From positions 300,001-332,000 of the forward strand of contig NZ_FNLK01000012.1 in assembly GCF_900105015.1 (NCBI RefSeq): DNA of 32,000 nt, read 5' to 3'. The notes below the pieces were generated by a model that ran no database searches, was not told where the DNA came from, and was given only the letters and a program-made list of their open reading frames with translations. Both the position numbers and the translations under genes were made by a program. The DNA is from Schaalia meyeri (GTDB lineage Bacteria; Actinomycetota; Actinomycetes; Actinomycetales; Actinomycetaceae). Of this stretch, positions 29,457-32,000 are shown in pieces (position 1 is the stretch's first letter; each line of letters starts with the position of its first letter).

Positions 29457-30551
29457 CTATTCACCCGCGAGGCGATCAACCTCATGCATGACGAGCCCGC
29501 ACACGGCACTCACCCACGCGACAGCCGCCGTGCCCAGGACGCGCGAACGCCAGGGGCGGATCTGCAGGAAGTCCTCGAACCCATAGCCGGATCCGGGAGA
29601 AGCCGCGGACGTGCTCAAGCCCCACAGGGCGGCGGTCGTCGCAACGATCGCGACGACGACTAGGCCCAGGCAGATCCACACCATGACTCGCTGAGCCTGG
29701 GCCCCGTGCCTGGGGCGGCGCTCGATCGGCGAGAGCGCGAGCGCCCACGCGCCCGCGATGAGGACCGCCGTGATGACGTCGGCGGGCCTGTGCCATCCTT
29801 CCATCATCACGGAAACGCCCATGAGCGCGCTCCACGCCCATCCAATCCAGGCGGAAGGGCTGCGGAACAATTTGGGCGCGACGACGACCAGGGCGAGGGA
29901 GATGGTGACAGCGACGGTAGTGTGCCCGGATGGCAGCGAGTTGCCGGCACCGGTGGTGACACCCAGATTGGGGCGGGTGAGAACGTACTCCTTGAGGATC
30001 TGCGTCGTGATGTTGGCCCCGATGACGGCGCCGAGGGCTCGGCCCGCGAGCGTGGGGCGGCGCCGCGCGGCGGCGACCAGGGCGACAACGGTGCCCGCGA
30101 TGACCATGACGGGCACGGACACCAGCCCGGTGATCAGCGTGGAGAAGGCATCGTAGTGCCTCGCGGAGCGCATCGTGCCCTCCATGAGGATGGTGTCGAC
30201 GACCTGCCCGGGCGCGGTGGCCAGGGCGACGTGGCTGACGATCCCGGTCAGGAACAGGCAGGTGGCGACTCCGGCGAGTCGGCGTGAGAGCTTGCGCCGG
30301 TACCATCCATCGGAGCTCAGGCCAAGAGTCCTGGGCAGCCCTGCGACACCCGCTTTACCGCGGCCGGTCTCGGGCTGGGTGCGCGCTTTTGCCGCGCTTT
30401 TTTTCGCGGGGGCACCCTCCCGTCGGGGTTCGCGCGCCTCGCTGGCGGATTTTGAGCCCGCACGCTTGCGGGGGCGATCGGAGGCGGAGCTCTTGGTGTA
30501 CGACTCGTCGACGGCAGGGTCACAGGGCAGGGGGGCGTTGGGATCGTCCAC
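29457..30551 (-). CDS. PAP2-family phosphatase with basic N-terminal cytoplasmic extension
   Basis: PAP2 motifs are present: LKEYVLTRP (C1-like), PSGHT (C2) and WHRPADV (C3-like). It is multi-TM. The GTG start at 30551 is preceded by AAGGGAGGA with a 5-nt spacer. Confidence 0.8.
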   Translation of the reverse strand: MDDPNAPLPCDPAVDESYTKSSASDRPRKRAGSKSASEAREPRREGAPAKKSAAKARTQPETGRGKAGVAGLPRTLGLSSDGWYRRKLSRRLAGVATCLFLTGIVSHVALATAPGQVVDTILMEGTMRSARHYDAFSTLITGLVSVPVMVIAGTVVALVAAARRRPTLAGRALGAVIGANITTQILKEYVLTRPNLGVTTGAGNSLPSGHTTVAVTISLALVVVAPKLFRSPSAWIGWAWSALMGVSVMMEGWHRPADVITAVLIAGAWALALSPIERRPRHGAQAQRVMVWICLGLVVVAIVATTAALWGLSTSAASPGSGYGFEDFLQIRPWRSRVLGTAAVAWVSAVCGLVMHEVDRLAGE

Positions 30552-30706
30552 GGTGTCCTCCCTTCGCGCCGGTGTGGCTTCCCATACCCACTGTAGTGGA
30601 GTGGGGCGGTGGTTCGCGGATTTGTGCGGGGGTGAGCGCGCGCGGGTCCCAGGGCTCGGTTAGAGTGGGTGTGTCCGATTCTGTAGGTTCCACGCGGGAG
30701 TTGTCA

Positions 30707-31165
30707 GTGGCTGCTTCTTCACCTGTCAGCACCGATCGTATCCGTGACCTGCTGAGGTCCCGGGACGTGCGTTTTGGCGACTATAACCAGGGCGAGCTGG
30801 CGTATCTGGCGCCGAACGCCGCTTTCTTCTGGAACGCGACAAATCCGCAGATTCTGCAGCTGCGCGCGCAGTGGCGGGGAATCGCCCGGACACCGGAGCA
30901 GTTCGGCGAATTGGCGCGCGAAGTCGCGGCGTGTAATTCGACGCGCACCGGCCCCAAAGCATACGTGGCTCCCCTCGAGGACGGGGCGCAGTACGGCCTG
31001 ATCGCCGAGTGCAACATCGTGGTACTATCGGGCCTGACCCAGGCTCAGCTGGATAATTTCTTCGAGACGTCCATGTCGATGATCATGGGGTTCTTCGCGG
31101 ACCTTGAGGTGACGCTGCCGGAGTTCGTGGATTGGGACAGCCGGGATCGGCGGGTCGCGCGGTGA
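30707..31165 (+). CDS. YbjN-domain protein (T3SS-chaperone-like fold), paralog 1
   Basis: About 152 aa. The pattern RIRDLLRSRDVRFGDYNQGELAYLAPNAAFFWN...LQLRAQWRG...IAECNIVV is typical of actinobacterial YbjN-like proteins. The start is chosen at GTG 30707 (GGGAG-N7-GTG); the long upstream part of the track ORF is Arg/Pro-rich and rejected. Confidence 0.7.
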   Translation: MAASSPVSTDRIRDLLRSRDVRFGDYNQGELAYLAPNAAFFWNATNPQILQLRAQWRGIARTPEQFGELAREVAACNSTRTGPKAYVAPLEDGAQYGLIAECNIVVLSGLTQAQLDNFFETSMSMIMGFFADLEVTLPEFVDWDSRDRRVAR

Positions 31166-31650
31166 ACGTCCCCTACCTGGTGCCCGAGGACGACGTGACG
31201 CCCTACCCCGCGGATTTTGAGCGGGTCGTGACGGAGGTTCGCGAGATGGGCTACGCGCTGGACGTGATCGAGCCCGGTCGCGCCGCAGGCGCAATTTTGG
31301 ATGGCATCCCATTCCTGGTCTCTTTCGATGCGGCCGGGCGTTTCCTGTCGATCCGCGCGCTGTGGGAGACGGATGCGCCGGCGGCCAGCGCGGAACCGGC
31401 GATGTTCGCGACCGCGGATAATTGGAACCGCGAGAAATACTTTCCGACCGTGTACACCGCGGTGTCTCCGGCAGGAAAGCTGGGCGTGTACGCGGATTTC
31501 GTGGTGGACACGGAAGTCGGACTGTCCGACGTGCAGCTGCGAGACGCGATTTCGTCGGGCATTTCGACGGGCATCGCGGCGATCCAGTACGTGAAGGAAT
31601 CCGCGTCAGAGATGCTGGGGTTGGTGAATCCGGGCCCGGATGAGCGGTGA
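31162..31650 (+). CDS. YbjN-domain protein, paralog 2
   Basis: GTG 31162 overlaps the upstream stop as GTGA. The translation reads VNVPYLVPEDD...FERVVTEVREMGYALDVIE...FLSIRALWE...NWNREKYFPTVY. Confidence 0.7.
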   Translation: MNVPYLVPEDDVTPYPADFERVVTEVREMGYALDVIEPGRAAGAILDGIPFLVSFDAAGRFLSIRALWETDAPAASAEPAMFATADNWNREKYFPTVYTAVSPAGKLGVYADFVVDTEVGLSDVQLRDAISSGISTGIAAIQYVKESASEMLGLVNPGPDER

Positions 31651-32000
31651 GCGAAACCACCTCGGTCCGTCCCCGTCGGCTCTGCTGGGCCTCTTGGGGC
31701 GCATCAGCGCCGACGACGACAGGCTCCTGGGGCACCTCACCATCCCCGGGCGCTCCGGGGCACTCGCGCAGTGGCCATCGTGGGTGTCGCCCGCGGTCGT
31801 GGCCGCGTGGGCGCGGCGCGGGGTGGAGCAACCGTGGACCCATCAACGCGACGCTTTGGACGCGATTCGCGCGGGCTCCGACGTGGTGCTCGCGACGGGC
31901 ACCGGCTCTGGCAAGTCGCTCGCCGCGTGGACGCCGATCCTCTCCGACCTGGTCGAGGCCCAGGAATCCTCCCGCATTTCGGCGATCCATCGGCGCCCGA
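31640..32000 (+). CDS. DEAD/DEAH-box (DExH) helicase, N-terminal fragment running off the window
   Basis: This frame is not listed in the ORF track because it has no stop in the window. From ATG 31640 it reads MSGERNHLGPSPSALLGLLGRISADDDRLLGHLTIPGRSGALAQWPSWVSPAVVAAWARRGVEQPWTHQRDALDAIRAGSDVVLATGTGSGKSLAAWTPILSDL. The Q-motif-like PWTHQ and Walker A GTGSGKS (about 31890-31920) are visible. It overlaps the second YbjN gene by 11 nt. Confidence 0.8.
   Translation, partial: MSGERNHLGPSPSALLGLLGRISADDDRLLGHLTIPGRSGALAQWPSWVSPAVVAAWARRGVEQPWTHQRDALDAIRAGSDVVLATGTGSGKSLAAWTPILSDLVEAQESSRISAIHRRP

Noticed and set aside
31025-31990. 321-aa minus-strand ORF antisense to the YbjN pair and the helicase.
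   Set aside because: Its composition is extremely Arg/Pro-rich with no motifs. The plus-strand frames carry YbjN-like and Walker A helicase motifs.

Overview
High-GC actinobacterial chromosome segment. Hand-counted GC is about 67-76% in sampled core genes, and the gene content suggests Actinomycetaceae (inference only). The window is densely coding and mostly housekeeping. In order it holds: tRNA-Gly; the asd-lysC operon (-); an OmpR-type response regulator and histidine kinase pair (-); recR and dnaX (-); a five-gene ABC operon (-); a secreted L,D-transpeptidase with cell-wall-binding repeats (+); two tandem tRNA-Ser genes (-); an AGE-family epimerase (-); pgm (+); a small helical protein (-); an MFS transporter (+); an App1/DUF2183-like phosphatase (+); a LytR_C protein (-); an acyl-CoA dehydrogenase (+); a bitopic Cys-rich membrane protein (-); nrdD-nrdG (-) with tandem NrdR boxes upstream; DoxX (-); a PAP2 phosphatase (-); and two YbjN-like genes translationally coupled to a DExH/DEAD helicase that runs off the window (+). 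The best candidate for an undescribed system is the lower-GC operon at 9040-13515, which is 52-61% GC in hand-counted samples. It is wedged between dnaX and the tRNA-Ser genes. It encodes a six-cysteine DUF4418-like membrane protein, a membrane-anchored DUF6273-like ectoprotein, two paralogous MacB/FtsX-type permeases and one ATPase. The genes are tightly coupled and sit behind a near-consensus promoter. The secondary candidate is the YbjN-YbjN-helicase module at 30707-32000. All family assignments come from reading the translations by eye and recalled motifs. No database search was run. Many long ORFs in the supplied track are antisense artefacts of high GC content.
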